DNA of 62,025 bases from a virus (taxonomy: Duplodnaviria; Caudoviricetes). The translations under genes and the position numbers were made by a program. Numbering within the stretch: the first letter of the stretch is position 1; the number at the start of each line of letters is the position of its first letter. The DNA is taken from positions 1-62,025 of the IMG/VR virus record IMGVR_UViG_3300009181_000080; one strand, 5' to 3'. Of the stretch, positions 49,479-59,611 are shown piece after piece. A model generated the notes under the pieces. The model did not search any database. It had not been told where the DNA came from and worked only from the letters and a program-made list of their open reading frames with translations.

Positions 49479-50797
49479 AATATAAACGCAGAGTAATCGA
49501 TATAAAGTCGGAGTCTTTCTGCGGAGCCAAATGGTACAATGCCACTATATGGTTGGGTAGCGGTATGACCACAAGTTGCCATCACCCCTTGCCACATAAG
49601 GTCCCGGTAGAGGATGTGCTGGCCAATCCCAAGGCATTGCATAATACACAAAAGAAAAAGATGGAACGCGAGCAGATGCAAAAAGGCGAACGGCCATCTG
49701 GGTGCGAATATTGTTGGAAGATAGAAGATATCGGACGAGACAATATAAGTGATAGAGTATATAAGACAGTTATATACTCTGATGAGGATTTAGATTATGC
49801 ATATACTACACCGCCAGGCACGGACATAGATTTACAGACCCTTGAAATCGCTTTTGACCGTACTTGCCAATTTGCTTGTAGCTATTGTAACCCTGCGTTC
49901 TCAACTACATGGGTCAAAGATATCAAACAAAATGGCCCGTATACTAATCTAGTATCTGATGGCAGGAACCACTTCACACACCCACACACCAGTAGCCAAT
50001 TGTATAAAGTAAACGAAGTCAATCCATATATAGAAGCGTTCTTTAAATGGTGGGAATCGGATCTCCATAGGACGTTGCAGGAACTACGGATAACTGGCGG
50101 TGAGCCATTGATGTCGGGTCATACATGGAAATTATTAGATTGGTTTAAAACCAATAAAGGTCGTAGTAATACACGTCTGGCAATTAACAGCAATCTTGGG
50201 ACCGATGTTGATATAGATAGGCTACTTGAAAACACACGAGATGTAGTATTTGATCTATATACCAGTAACGAAGCAGTTGGGCTACAAGCTGAATATATAC
50301 GCGATGGGCTAGTATGGCAAGATTGGGCGGATAACATGGAGAAGCTAATGCAAAGTAATCAATTGCGCGGCCTACATGTTATGTGTACCATCAACGCATT
50401 ATGTTTGGATAGCTTACCTACATTACTCGACATCATCGTCCAATGGAAACAAGAGAATGGCGATGACTTCCCTAACTTCTCGCTAAATATATTACGCTTC
50501 CCTAGTTTCCAAAGTCCCTTGGTATTACCCGACGATATACGCACGGAATACAAAGATAATTTACAAATTTGGTTTGACAACAATAAAGATAACGAGTTCC
50601 TCCATCAGATGGAACTTAATCAAGTCCAACGATTAATAGATTATCTTGATGTAGTTAAAACTCCACACACTGGATCGGCGGAACGATCAGTATTACAGCA
50701 AGACTTTAAACAATTTTATGTACAATACGATCAACGTCGAAATAAAAGCTTCACAACAACATTTCCTAAATTAGCAGATTGGTTTAACTCATTATGA
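49448..50797 (+). CDS. Radical SAM protein with N-terminal twitch-like domain
   Basis: CGAKW...SCHHP...CEYC, CQFACSYC, TGGEP; closest paralogue is 45454. Confidence 0.9.
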   Translation: MPRINNETDLEYKRRVIDIKSESFCGAKWYNATIWLGSGMTTSCHHPLPHKVPVEDVLANPKALHNTQKKKMEREQMQKGERPSGCEYCWKIEDIGRDNISDRVYKTVIYSDEDLDYAYTTPPGTDIDLQTLEIAFDRTCQFACSYCNPAFSTTWVKDIKQNGPYTNLVSDGRNHFTHPHTSSQLYKVNEVNPYIEAFFKWWESDLHRTLQELRITGGEPLMSGHTWKLLDWFKTNKGRSNTRLAINSNLGTDVDIDRLLENTRDVVFDLYTSNEAVGLQAEYIRDGLVWQDWADNMEKLMQSNQLRGLHVMCTINALCLDSLPTLLDIIVQWKQENGDDFPNFSLNILRFPSFQSPLVLPDDIRTEYKDNLQIWFDNNKDNEFLHQMELNQVQRLIDYLDVVKTPHTGSAERSVLQQDFKQFYVQYDQRRNKSFTTTFPKLADWFNSL

Positions 50798-52110
50798 CAG
50801 ATAATATAGATAATTACTACAAAAACTACAACTACGGTGCCCGCAAGCCCATATACATTAAAGAGGAAGAACTACGCACAGACCAACTTGATCGACTAAT
50901 TAAAAGCGATCAGTTCTGCATGATCCCGTGGATACATATGCATGGCTTTCCTGATGGTCGCGCATATCCTTGTTGTTTAAGTGAACCACAGCATCCGATT
51001 GGTGACTTGAAAAAGAATACCATGCGGGAGATTTGGAATCAAGATCCCCTGAAACAAATGCGTGTTAATATGCTTAACAATAAACCTTGCAAAGAATGTA
51101 CAAAATGTTATGAGCAAGAAAAGAGTAATTTGTTTAGTATGCGGGAAAGCAGTAATAAAAACTTTGGTCATCTAGTAAAGCTAGTCGACGATACCAAACC
51201 CGACGGCACACAAGAAGATTTTAAATTACGTTACTATGATATTCGATTTAGCAATCTATGTAATTTTGCATGTCGTACTTGTGGCAGCATCTTCAGTAGC
51301 AATTGGTTTAAAGATGAAAAAGCCGCAGGGTGGGATCCACAACACCCAATGGTGATGTATGCCGGCAAAGATGAGCATGATATGTGGGAACAGATGCAAG
51401 AACATATTCCGCATCTTGAACAGATATATTGGGCCGGCGGCGAACCATTGATCATGAAGGAACATTGGAAAGTATTAGATGAACTAGTTAAACGGAAAAT
51501 GTTCCATGTTCGTTTGATCTATAATACAAACTTCAGCGAACTTAAATTTAAAGGGCGCGATGTCCTTGAAATGTGGAAACTGTTTGATTGTGTTAGTGTT
51601 GGTGCCAGTTTAGATGGAAACTATGAACGCGGTGAATATATTCGTAAGGGCCAGAACTGGAAAGAAACTGTGGAAAACAGAGAACGTATGTTACAGATAT
51701 GTCCCAACGTTGATTTCTATGTCAGTAGCACCGTTAGTATGATGAATGTACTGCATATCACAGACTTTCATAAAGAGTGGGTTGAACTTGGCTTACTACG
51801 TCCAATGGATTGGAACATCAACATACTACAGCATCCATTCCGTTATCGTGTGGATGTGCTACCACAGCATTTAAAAGAGCAGGCAAAAGCAAAACTAGAA
51901 GAACATATCAAATGGCTAGAGCCTTTAGATACGTTATCGAGAGCCACAAGCGGGTACAAAGGTATTATTAATTTTATGATGCAACAAGATGGCACAAATC
52001 AATTATCGGAATTTTTTAGAAATAATAATACTATAGACAGAGTGCGTAACGAAGATTTCTTTAAAGTATTCCCTGAACTCATTGACCTGAAAAACTATGC
52101 CCCTACCTAA
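50794..52110 (+). CDS. Radical SAM protein with N-terminal twitch-like domain
   Basis: CMIPW...YPCC...CTKC, CNFACRTC, AGGEP, YNTN. Confidence 0.92.
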   Translation: MTDNIDNYYKNYNYGARKPIYIKEEELRTDQLDRLIKSDQFCMIPWIHMHGFPDGRAYPCCLSEPQHPIGDLKKNTMREIWNQDPLKQMRVNMLNNKPCKECTKCYEQEKSNLFSMRESSNKNFGHLVKLVDDTKPDGTQEDFKLRYYDIRFSNLCNFACRTCGSIFSSNWFKDEKAAGWDPQHPMVMYAGKDEHDMWEQMQEHIPHLEQIYWAGGEPLIMKEHWKVLDELVKRKMFHVRLIYNTNFSELKFKGRDVLEMWKLFDCVSVGASLDGNYERGEYIRKGQNWKETVENRERMLQICPNVDFYVSSTVSMMNVLHITDFHKEWVELGLLRPMDWNINILQHPFRYRVDVLPQHLKEQAKAKLEEHIKWLEPLDTLSRATSGYKGIINFMMQQDGTNQLSEFFRNNNTIDRVRNEDFFKVFPELIDLKNYAPT

Positions 52111-53314
52111 AACAATTTGTATGTTACCTTGGATCAGCATCGAAACCAGTCCAATTGGATCTGTGCGTCCTTGCTGTTTAGCCACAGACGAAATCACTAA
52201 ACCCAATGGTGAAAAGTTTGATCTGAACGTAGATACGTTAAGCACTATATATCGCAGTGAGTATATGCAAGATCTACGTAAACGATTCCGTGCTGGGGAA
52301 AAGCCCGAAACTTGTAAAAGATGTTGGGAAGAGGAAGATGCGGGCCGCACAAGTAAGCGTATGCATACACGGGTTAGGTTCAAACACGAAGTAGATAAAG
52401 TAGATTTCGCCAACGATAACCCGGATCAGCTTTGGTTTGTTGATTTAAAGTTAGGTAATATCTGCAATTTAAAATGTCGTATATGCGGCTCGTGGTCCAG
52501 TAGTTCGTGGGCACAAGAAGAAATGGGTTATATAAAACATGTTCCTGATCGCAAGCAACACATAGCCTATACTTGGTTACAGCAAGGGCAATGGCCACGT
52601 AATAAAAATAGCGATACTTTTTGGAATGACATGAAAGAGATGCTACCCCAAGTTCGTTATTTTGAGTTTACTGGTGGCGAACCATTTATGATCCCCGAGC
52701 ACTTTGAGCTACTACAATATGCCGTGGATCAAGGATACAGTAAAAATATTGAAATCCACTACAATACCAACGGCACACAATGGCCTGAAAAGTACATACA
52801 CTTATGGCAAGAGTTTAAGTATGTTGAAATAGCATTCAGTATCGACAATATAGGCGCACGATTTGAATACGAAAGATTTGGTGCCAAATGGCATGAAGTA
52901 GAAGAAAACATCGCAAAGTTCCAAGCATTGCGTGATAGATCAAATAACATAACTACCCAAGTATGCATGACGATTAACACACAGAACGTTTACTATCTAG
53001 AAGAATTATGCCACTGGGTATCACGACAAAATTTTAACTACGATTACTTTAATATGTTACATGATCCTAAACATCAAAACATTGGATCAATGACACAGGC
53101 CGCTAAGGACTTAGTCATTGCAAAATTAGAGTCTGGAAGTTTTAAAACAAAACATAAAGTAGAAATTGATCGGATCATACAGTTTATTAAAAATGGTAAT
53201 ACTGGAGACGGGAATAAGTTTTTATTTGATATGAAGCGTGCCGACGAATTTAGAAAACAAAGTTTCATGACCACACATCCAGAAATAGCAAGAGCCATGG
53301 GTTATGAAGATTAG
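52097..53314 (+). CDS. Radical SAM protein with N-terminal twitch-like domain
   Basis: CMLPW...RPCC...CKRC, CNLKCRIC, TGGEP, YNTNGT; C-terminal PEIARAMGY resembles that of 4477. Confidence 0.92.
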   Translation: MPLPKTICMLPWISIETSPIGSVRPCCLATDEITKPNGEKFDLNVDTLSTIYRSEYMQDLRKRFRAGEKPETCKRCWEEEDAGRTSKRMHTRVRFKHEVDKVDFANDNPDQLWFVDLKLGNICNLKCRICGSWSSSSWAQEEMGYIKHVPDRKQHIAYTWLQQGQWPRNKNSDTFWNDMKEMLPQVRYFEFTGGEPFMIPEHFELLQYAVDQGYSKNIEIHYNTNGTQWPEKYIHLWQEFKYVEIAFSIDNIGARFEYERFGAKWHEVEENIAKFQALRDRSNNITTQVCMTINTQNVYYLEELCHWVSRQNFNYDYFNMLHDPKHQNIGSMTQAAKDLVIAKLESGSFKTKHKVEIDRIIQFIKNGNTGDGNKFLFDMKRADEFRKQSFMTTHPEIARAMGYED

Positions 53315-54284
53315 ATTGGTTAATTTTTACGGGAATAATAACTTAACAGTGCCAGCACACGAAGGTAACATAAAGGACTGGTTTGATATAGAATTTTTTG
53401 ATAGACAAACTACGTACGATAAAGCCAATACGGTCTTTATAATGAATAATTATCAATATTTAGAAAATAAACCATATATTGATAAGTTGATAGAAAACGG
53501 ACACAAATTCGTATCGGAGAATTTATGTGAATCAAGTTTGATCGAAGAACAATTTAGAAATCATCCCAACGTTTTACATTTTTATTGTGCTAATGAGGAA
53601 GCAGAGCACAATACAAATATACATCCAATACCGATGTTTTTTTGGTATCGAGAAAGTAGAAGCTTCCGGGATTACAAACAATTAATCAGGCTTGTTAATA
53701 TCGATAAAAAATTCGTTAATAAAAAATTTTTATTATTAATGAATCTTGCTAAACCCTTTAGAGATAACATATACAATAAATTTCTTCCTATTCTTGATGA
53801 TGCGATTTATAGTTACGTAGGCAAAAATAAACACCCACCCGGTGACATACCGCGAGATACGTTTGAATGGGATCGATTTATAAATATAGATTGGTACAAT
53901 CATACAGAGTTTAGTGTGGTGGTAGAAACTAATATATCGATGTCAAACGACCGTATTTTTATCACAGAAAAAACAATGAAGCCAATAGCATTGCGTCATC
54001 CGTTTGTATCTTTAAGTTGCCCCGGGACACTACGGTTACTTAAAAAATCTGGATTTGAAACCTTTGAGAATTTATTTGATGAATCGTATGACTTATCTGT
54101 TTACCCAAATGCAAATATAGATTCAATATACACACAAGTAAAAGATTACAATCACGTTGGATACGATTTCCTTACACAACAAAAGTTAGAACACAATCAT
54201 AATTGGTTCTATAACGAGCAAGAAATAACTCGTAGATTCACCAACGATATCGTTAATCCGATATTAGAGTTTGTAAATGGATAA
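53304..54284 (+). CDS. GT-B-like ('TEK' family) glycosyltransferase-like protein
   Basis: FSVVVET...FITEKTMKPIALRHPF...GFETFENLFDESYD...LEHN. Confidence 0.6.
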   Translation: MKIRLVNFYGNNNLTVPAHEGNIKDWFDIEFFDRQTTYDKANTVFIMNNYQYLENKPYIDKLIENGHKFVSENLCESSLIEEQFRNHPNVLHFYCANEEAEHNTNIHPIPMFFWYRESRSFRDYKQLIRLVNIDKKFVNKKFLLLMNLAKPFRDNIYNKFLPILDDAIYSYVGKNKHPPGDIPRDTFEWDRFINIDWYNHTEFSVVVETNISMSNDRIFITEKTMKPIALRHPFVSLSCPGTLRLLKKSGFETFENLFDESYDLSVYPNANIDSIYTQVKDYNHVGYDFLTQQKLEHNHNWFYNEQEITRRFTNDIVNPILEFVNG

Positions 54285-55566
54285 ACCGGATACACTATGC
54301 ATGGCTCCGTGGACACATACCTATCTAAGTCCACAAACTGAACGACGCATGTGTTGTGCGTCACGGGAGCCCGCACAAAATTTCCAACAGTATATAGATA
54401 CCAGTGCAGGGACTGGCAAGTATATACCTATCACACTGGACGAACATTGGAACAGTGATCATATGCGCTCAGTGAGAAAACGTATGATGTCCGGTGAAAC
54501 ACTACCTGAGTGCGAAGTATGCAATGATAAGCTATTAAACACTGATGTTTACCGAAGTTATTTTAATCAATTGTTTGGACATAAATATTTAGACGCGATG
54601 GCAAATACCGATAATGATGGTTCCACAACTGTCAGACCCGTATCATGGGATTATCGTTTTAGCAATCTCTGTAATTTTAAATGCCGTATGTGCGGTGATA
54701 TGCTGTCCAGTGCGTGGGAAAGCGAACAACGCCAACACGATATGATCGATTACTCCAATCCAAAAAACAACTGGATGATCCCTGCAGTAAAACAACAAAT
54801 TGAAAAGTTTCAAGACACCCAAATTGAAGCAGAATTTTCCCAAGCAGTAGAAGAACACAGAGTAGAAGAAGTATATTGGGTAGGTGGCGAACCGTTGATG
54901 TATGAACAACATTGGCGATATATGAAACGCATCATTGAACTTGGAGACGGAAAAAATGTTTACGCTAGATATAATACAAATCTCAGTAGGATTGATTATC
55001 GTGGTATTAATTTGTATAGGGACATACTATCTGGGATTCGTGACTGGCAAATCTGTGCGAGTATTGACGGAACGGGAAGAATTGGCGAGTATATTAGATC
55101 AGGTCTTGATTTTGATCAGTGGCTTAAAAACTTCCGTCAAGGAGTTGAACACAGCCGTAACCGCCGCCAGATGCGTATGGACTTCACTCTTACTACACCG
55201 GGACTCTTTGAAGTACAAAAAATACAATCGCTTGCCCAAGAGCTAGGCGTCGAGGTTCTGGCAAAAGTAGTGTTTAGTTTTAGTCCGGATATCATTATGT
55301 CACCGCTAGCACTACCCCGGGAAATATTACATCCTTGGGTAGACGAAATTAAGCACTCCATTGATAAAGGAGCTCTACATGACATACTGGTACAACTTAA
55401 AACTAGACCTACTTTTGCTGAACAATGGCCCAATGAATATCAAGATGGGTTGATACGTGGCAAAGAACGTATTTTAAAACTTGAACAAATACGTAAAGAT
55501 GTATATACTATGAGTGATATACTAGCCAAAAGGCCGCAAGTACTAGAATGGTGGAACTCAATTTGA
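54277..55566 (+). CDS. Radical SAM protein with N-terminal twitch-like domain
   Basis: CMAPW...MCC...CEVC, CNFKCRMC, VGGEP, YNTN. Confidence 0.92.
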   Translation: MDKPDTLCMAPWTHTYLSPQTERRMCCASREPAQNFQQYIDTSAGTGKYIPITLDEHWNSDHMRSVRKRMMSGETLPECEVCNDKLLNTDVYRSYFNQLFGHKYLDAMANTDNDGSTTVRPVSWDYRFSNLCNFKCRMCGDMLSSAWESEQRQHDMIDYSNPKNNWMIPAVKQQIEKFQDTQIEAEFSQAVEEHRVEEVYWVGGEPLMYEQHWRYMKRIIELGDGKNVYARYNTNLSRIDYRGINLYRDILSGIRDWQICASIDGTGRIGEYIRSGLDFDQWLKNFRQGVEHSRNRRQMRMDFTLTTPGLFEVQKIQSLAQELGVEVLAKVVFSFSPDIIMSPLALPREILHPWVDEIKHSIDKGALHDILVQLKTRPTFAEQWPNEYQDGLIRGKERILKLEQIRKDVYTMSDILAKRPQVLEWWNSI

Positions 55567-56645
55567 AACAAGTTAATGTTGTACTACGTAACCCCCTGGA
55601 CAAGCAAGATCAGATCACATATATAATTGATGTCAATGATACACCAATGGCCAATAATTGGTATACCGCACTACAAGACATACTTAGACAAAATAAGTAT
55701 CTAGAGAAGAACTTTTGCTTTTTAGGATTTCCAGATAGTGCCCGTAACCTTGATTTTATATGCGACGAATTAAACTGGGCCCGCGATCAAATTAATAGTT
55801 TTTTTGATAAAGACGATTATTACATTGATGAAGTATATACTCCATACTTTATGCGTAATAGTAAAACCCTAGCACCAAATCAATCTGCTATGAATTTGTT
55901 ACATAATAGGTTTGAACATTTACAGGGAACCGTAGAGAATTTAAGTGACTGGTATAAACGTGCAGACTACCAAACAAAATTTGCCATACGTCAATTAAAC
56001 AATCTATGCCACGAAGCAGAGAGTTTAATGTTGAGTCAACGTAAGCAACAAGAATTGCCTGAATGGGTTCGCCCAAGCCAAATCACAACATTTTTAAATG
56101 TACAGAGACTAGAATTTCCTACAGAACTTAAAACAACGTTTGATGAAACTAGATTTGATAGGAAGTTCGGCGAAGTGTATTTGCATTGGTCACAGATTGG
56201 CAAGACATTATACGAAGTATATCGCGATGAACAAGGTGTAGATATTGATGATGCTACGTGCGACGCTATTACCCATCTACATTTATATAGCGGGGAATTT
56301 GATATAGAATGGGCACAGGATGTTGTATTCAATGGTCCGCATCCGTGGCACACTAAAGAAATGTCTGGCTTTCGTGATTGGCTAGTACGCAATGGATTTG
56401 ATCCGCTAGATACAAAATATAACTATGGATATCACCCAGTTGGGCAAGTTGATTTACAGACTAGTTTTGGAACAAGCGATTTTAAAATGGTATGGCCTAT
56501 ACTGAGTAAATATCTTGACATATATCAAATTACAGCCGGTGCTGCAACAGCAACATTTGACTACACCTGGTCCGACCCAGACTACTATGAACAACAAATT
56601 AACAGGATGATACCAGGATATGATTATAGTAGCGGCCGGCGATAG
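55548..56645 (+). CDS. Hypothetical protein of the radical SAM cluster
   Basis: Long ORF overlapping both neighbours; LHNRFE...LNNLCHE His/Glu pairs may bind metal. Confidence 0.65.
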   Translation: MVELNLKQVNVVLRNPLDKQDQITYIIDVNDTPMANNWYTALQDILRQNKYLEKNFCFLGFPDSARNLDFICDELNWARDQINSFFDKDDYYIDEVYTPYFMRNSKTLAPNQSAMNLLHNRFEHLQGTVENLSDWYKRADYQTKFAIRQLNNLCHEAESLMLSQRKQQELPEWVRPSQITTFLNVQRLEFPTELKTTFDETRFDRKFGEVYLHWSQIGKTLYEVYRDEQGVDIDDATCDAITHLHLYSGEFDIEWAQDVVFNGPHPWHTKEMSGFRDWLVRNGFDPLDTKYNYGYHPVGQVDLQTSFGTSDFKMVWPILSKYLDIYQITAGAATATFDYTWSDPDYYEQQINRMIPGYDYSSGRR

Positions 56646-57444
56646 TTTTATATTTGGAGCCGAGTTAGCCGATCAAATTGCCGGACGTAATAGTAATTCA
56701 ACTATACCGGCATTATTGGCTAACACTAAAAACGCTGAGTATTCGTGTGTTGCAGAATCCGGCAACGCAAACAATGCGATATCCAGACAGGTAATGAACT
56801 ATTGCGAATCAAATAAACATAAACAGTTATTTGTATTTGTTATGTGGACATTTACAAATCGATATGAGTTTAGATTTAATTATAATACGGGTAGGCGCAG
56901 TAGTCCGTGGTACAGTATGAATTTGTGGGATATAGTTGACGATGTCGCTAGTATTAAAAAAGAATTTGTAAATTTCAATTCTAACGTGCTTGAATCACAT
57001 ATTAATAATAAACGATTATTACATAGAACCGGGTTAACTGAGTTTGTAAAAACTTTTTATAAACATGTTGGTAACAATGAATATTATGAAATATATTCAA
57101 CACTTAAAGAGATTTTGTTTTTACAACAATACCTTGAATTAAATAACATTCCTTTTATATTTTGTCCTGCAGATTTCTATTTAGAGAATAATGAAGTTTA
57201 TCAACGTCATAGTGGAGATGAAACCATTTTTTCGATATACAAACAAATTAAATGGGACAAATGGTATACTTTCCCTGCAGGAACTAGTTCTAACGAAACG
57301 TGTGGCCCAAGAGGTTTTTACCAGTGGGCAGTAGAGAATAAGTATAGTATGGGTACTACGCATCCTCTAGAAGAAGCCCACCAAGACGCCGCAAAATTAA
57401 TCCAAGGAAAATTCAATGAAATGGTTGAAAAATTGGTACAATAG
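56620..57444 (+). CDS. SGNH/GDSL-like hydrolase or acyltransferase
   Basis: AGDSFIFG, GNAN, WTFTNRYE, HPLEEAH. Confidence 0.75.
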   Translation: MIIVAAGDSFIFGAELADQIAGRNSNSTIPALLANTKNAEYSCVAESGNANNAISRQVMNYCESNKHKQLFVFVMWTFTNRYEFRFNYNTGRRSSPWYSMNLWDIVDDVASIKKEFVNFNSNVLESHINNKRLLHRTGLTEFVKTFYKHVGNNEYYEIYSTLKEILFLQQYLELNNIPFIFCPADFYLENNEVYQRHSGDETIFSIYKQIKWDKWYTFPAGTSSNETCGPRGFYQWAVENKYSMGTTHPLEEAHQDAAKLIQGKFNEMVEKLVQ

Positions 57445-57517
57445 GATTGTACTAGAAATTCGTTATCGCAAGAAGCTTAAAGAATTACGTAAAAGAGATC
57501 CGTTTATCTACAAATGA
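57416..57517 (+). CDS. Small basic peptide, 33 aa (MKWLKNWYNRIVLEIRYRKKLKELRKRDPFIYK)
   Basis: Translated by hand; bridges the gap between two SGNH genes; AAGGA upstream; TGA overlaps the next ATG. Confidence 0.75.
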   Translation: MKWLKNWYNRIVLEIRYRKKLKELRKRDPFIYK

Positions 57518-58170
57518 TTAAACATATATTGGCAGTTGGTGATAGTTTTACCTATGGGGAAGAACTTGATAATAGAGATAATGCTTATCCATACTATCTG
57601 GCTAAAGGACTAAAGGCCAATGTAGTTAATTTGGCGATTCCGGCTGGCGGCAACGACCAAATGGTAAGAAAAGTGATTAACTATGTAGTCAGTGGGGATC
57701 CAATTGATTTAGCTATTATCGGGTGGACAAGTCCCGGGCGTATGGAGTTTGCAGATGCCGCGGGAACATATGATATATGGCCTGGATATTCGGGACCAAA
57801 GTACAATGACATGGAATGGCGTCTAGAACTACTACAAAATATTAATAAGCATCATGATCCAAGGTACTTATATGAAAAATATATAGTTAATGTGATACTA
57901 CTACAGAGTTTTCTCAAAGAACGTAATATAAAATATTGCATGATTACTACAGCCGCTAATGAATACTATCATAAAACGATGTATAACGATGATCAGGCAC
58001 TACCAAAATTAATAGATCAGCAATACTATTTGGGATGGCCAAACGAAGGCATGGCAGAGTGGACGAATGGATGTAAGCGTGGCCCCAGTGGTCATTTTCT
58101 CGAAGAAGGTCACAGGAAGGTGACAGCAAAACTTTATGAACATATTAGGAATCTCGGCTGGCTTTCATGA
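57514..58170 (+). CDS. SGNH/GDSL-like hydrolase or acyltransferase
   Basis: VGDSFTYG, GGND, WTSPGRME, GHFLEEGH. Confidence 0.78.
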   Translation: MIKHILAVGDSFTYGEELDNRDNAYPYYLAKGLKANVVNLAIPAGGNDQMVRKVINYVVSGDPIDLAIIGWTSPGRMEFADAAGTYDIWPGYSGPKYNDMEWRLELLQNINKHHDPRYLYEKYIVNVILLQSFLKERNIKYCMITTAANEYYHKTMYNDDQALPKLIDQQYYLGWPNEGMAEWTNGCKRGPSGHFLEEGHRKVTAKLYEHIRNLGWLS

Positions 58171-59611
58171 CGCAGCCGCAACAGTAATAAACACCTCGGG
58201 TAAAATCTTATTTGCTGGACATAGCGAACGCTACAGCAAAACTAAGAATGATCCCAACTTCTGCCAGGGGTTGCTCGACGATATCTCGATTTATGGACCG
58301 GAGATAGTCGCGTATTATGAACGCCCGTGGGCCAAACAATTACGTAGACTGTATAGTGGAGAAGGGATAGAATGGAACAAATTTACTGTACAGCAAATAT
58401 TAAAAAAACAGCTTGGTGGACAAATTGTCCCGGATCATGTCTATACATTTAATCATCATCTGAGCCATGCCGCAGGCGGCTTCCAAACGAGCACATTTGA
58501 TAAGGCCACAGTGGTGGTCATTGATGCGATAGGTGAATGGGACACTATTAGTATTTGGGCCGCCCAATATATAGATGGCACAGCAGAATATAAAAAATTA
58601 TGGGGACAAAAATATCCCCATAGCATTGGGTTATTTTATAGTGCAATGACGCAACGAGTAGGATTAAAGCCCAACGAAGACGAATATATATTAATGGGAA
58701 TGTCTGCGTATGGAAAGTCAAAATATTCCAGCCGAATGAAAGACCGGCTTATAGAGCATGAAGGGGATATTACCTTTAAACAAAATTTACATATAGGTGC
58801 GGATATGCCATATTTAGATGGTGTACATCTGATGGACATCGCGTCTTCGGCACAAAAGCTATGTGAAAACTTAATATATAATGTAATGCGTAGGGCTAAA
58901 GACTTTAATTGGAGTAGTAATTTAGTATACAGTGGCGGTGTAGCATTGAATTGCTTAGCCAATAAAAATCTTGGAGACTACTTTGATAAAATTTGGATCA
59001 TGCCTTGCCCTGGTGATGCAGGCAGTAGCCTTGGTGCGGCCGCACTACATTATGGCAAGCGACTTACTTGGGACGATGCTTTTCTGGGGCATAACATTCC
59101 TGGTCCGTATCCAGTTAATGCTTTGCTTGACAGTTTACTTGTGGACAAGATTGTTGGTGTGGCAAGTGGCCGCGCAGAGTTCGGACCACGGGCATTGGGC
59201 AATCGTAGTTTGTTAGCAGATCCGCGGGGACAAGATATTAAGGATAAAGTAAATGAAATTAAACGAAGACAAAAATTCAGACCGTTTGCTCCGGCGATAC
59301 TTGCCGAGCAAGTTCACGAGTATTTTGATATGCCACGTGGTTTTATGGATAGTCCTTATATGCAGTCCGTTGGAGTATGTAAATATCCGCTTTTATTCCC
59401 TGCTATCACTCATCATGATAATACTAGTAGGGTGCAAACTGTTGCTAAAGATGGATCGGGACTCCGGGAACTATTGGAAAAATGGTTTGTTGTAACAGGA
59501 TGTCCTATGTTACTCAACACAAGTCTTAACATCCGCGGCGAACCCATGGTAAATGATCGCAATGACGCAGATCGATTTGAACAACTATACAGTATAAAGG
59601 TTTGGTCATGA
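58136..59611 (+). CDS. O-carbamoyltransferase (NodU/CmcH/TobZ family)
   Basis: ILGISAGFHDAA, HHLSHA, DAIGE, SGGVALNC, GDAG, EFGPRALGNRS, FRPFAP, LLNTSLN. Confidence 0.95.
   Translation: MNILGISAGFHDAAATVINTSGKILFAGHSERYSKTKNDPNFCQGLLDDISIYGPEIVAYYERPWAKQLRRLYSGEGIEWNKFTVQQILKKQLGGQIVPDHVYTFNHHLSHAAGGFQTSTFDKATVVVIDAIGEWDTISIWAAQYIDGTAEYKKLWGQKYPHSIGLFYSAMTQRVGLKPNEDEYILMGMSAYGKSKYSSRMKDRLIEHEGDITFKQNLHIGADMPYLDGVHLMDIASSAQKLCENLIYNVMRRAKDFNWSSNLVYSGGVALNCLANKNLGDYFDKIWIMPCPGDAGSSLGAAALHYGKRLTWDDAFLGHNIPGPYPVNALLDSLLVDKIVGVASGRAEFGPRALGNRSLLADPRGQDIKDKVNEIKRRQKFRPFAPAILAEQVHEYFDMPRGFMDSPYMQSVGVCKYPLLFPAITHHDNTSRVQTVAKDGSGLRELLEKWFVVTGCPMLLNTSLNIRGEPMVNDRNDADRFEQLYSIKVWS

Noticed and set aside
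45454-55566. Classical RiPP cluster, or QueE/NrdG/MoaA housekeeping radical SAM genes
   Set aside because: No RRE, peptidase, transporter, que genes or nrdD nearby, and the domain order differs. The neighbours point to glycan chemistry.
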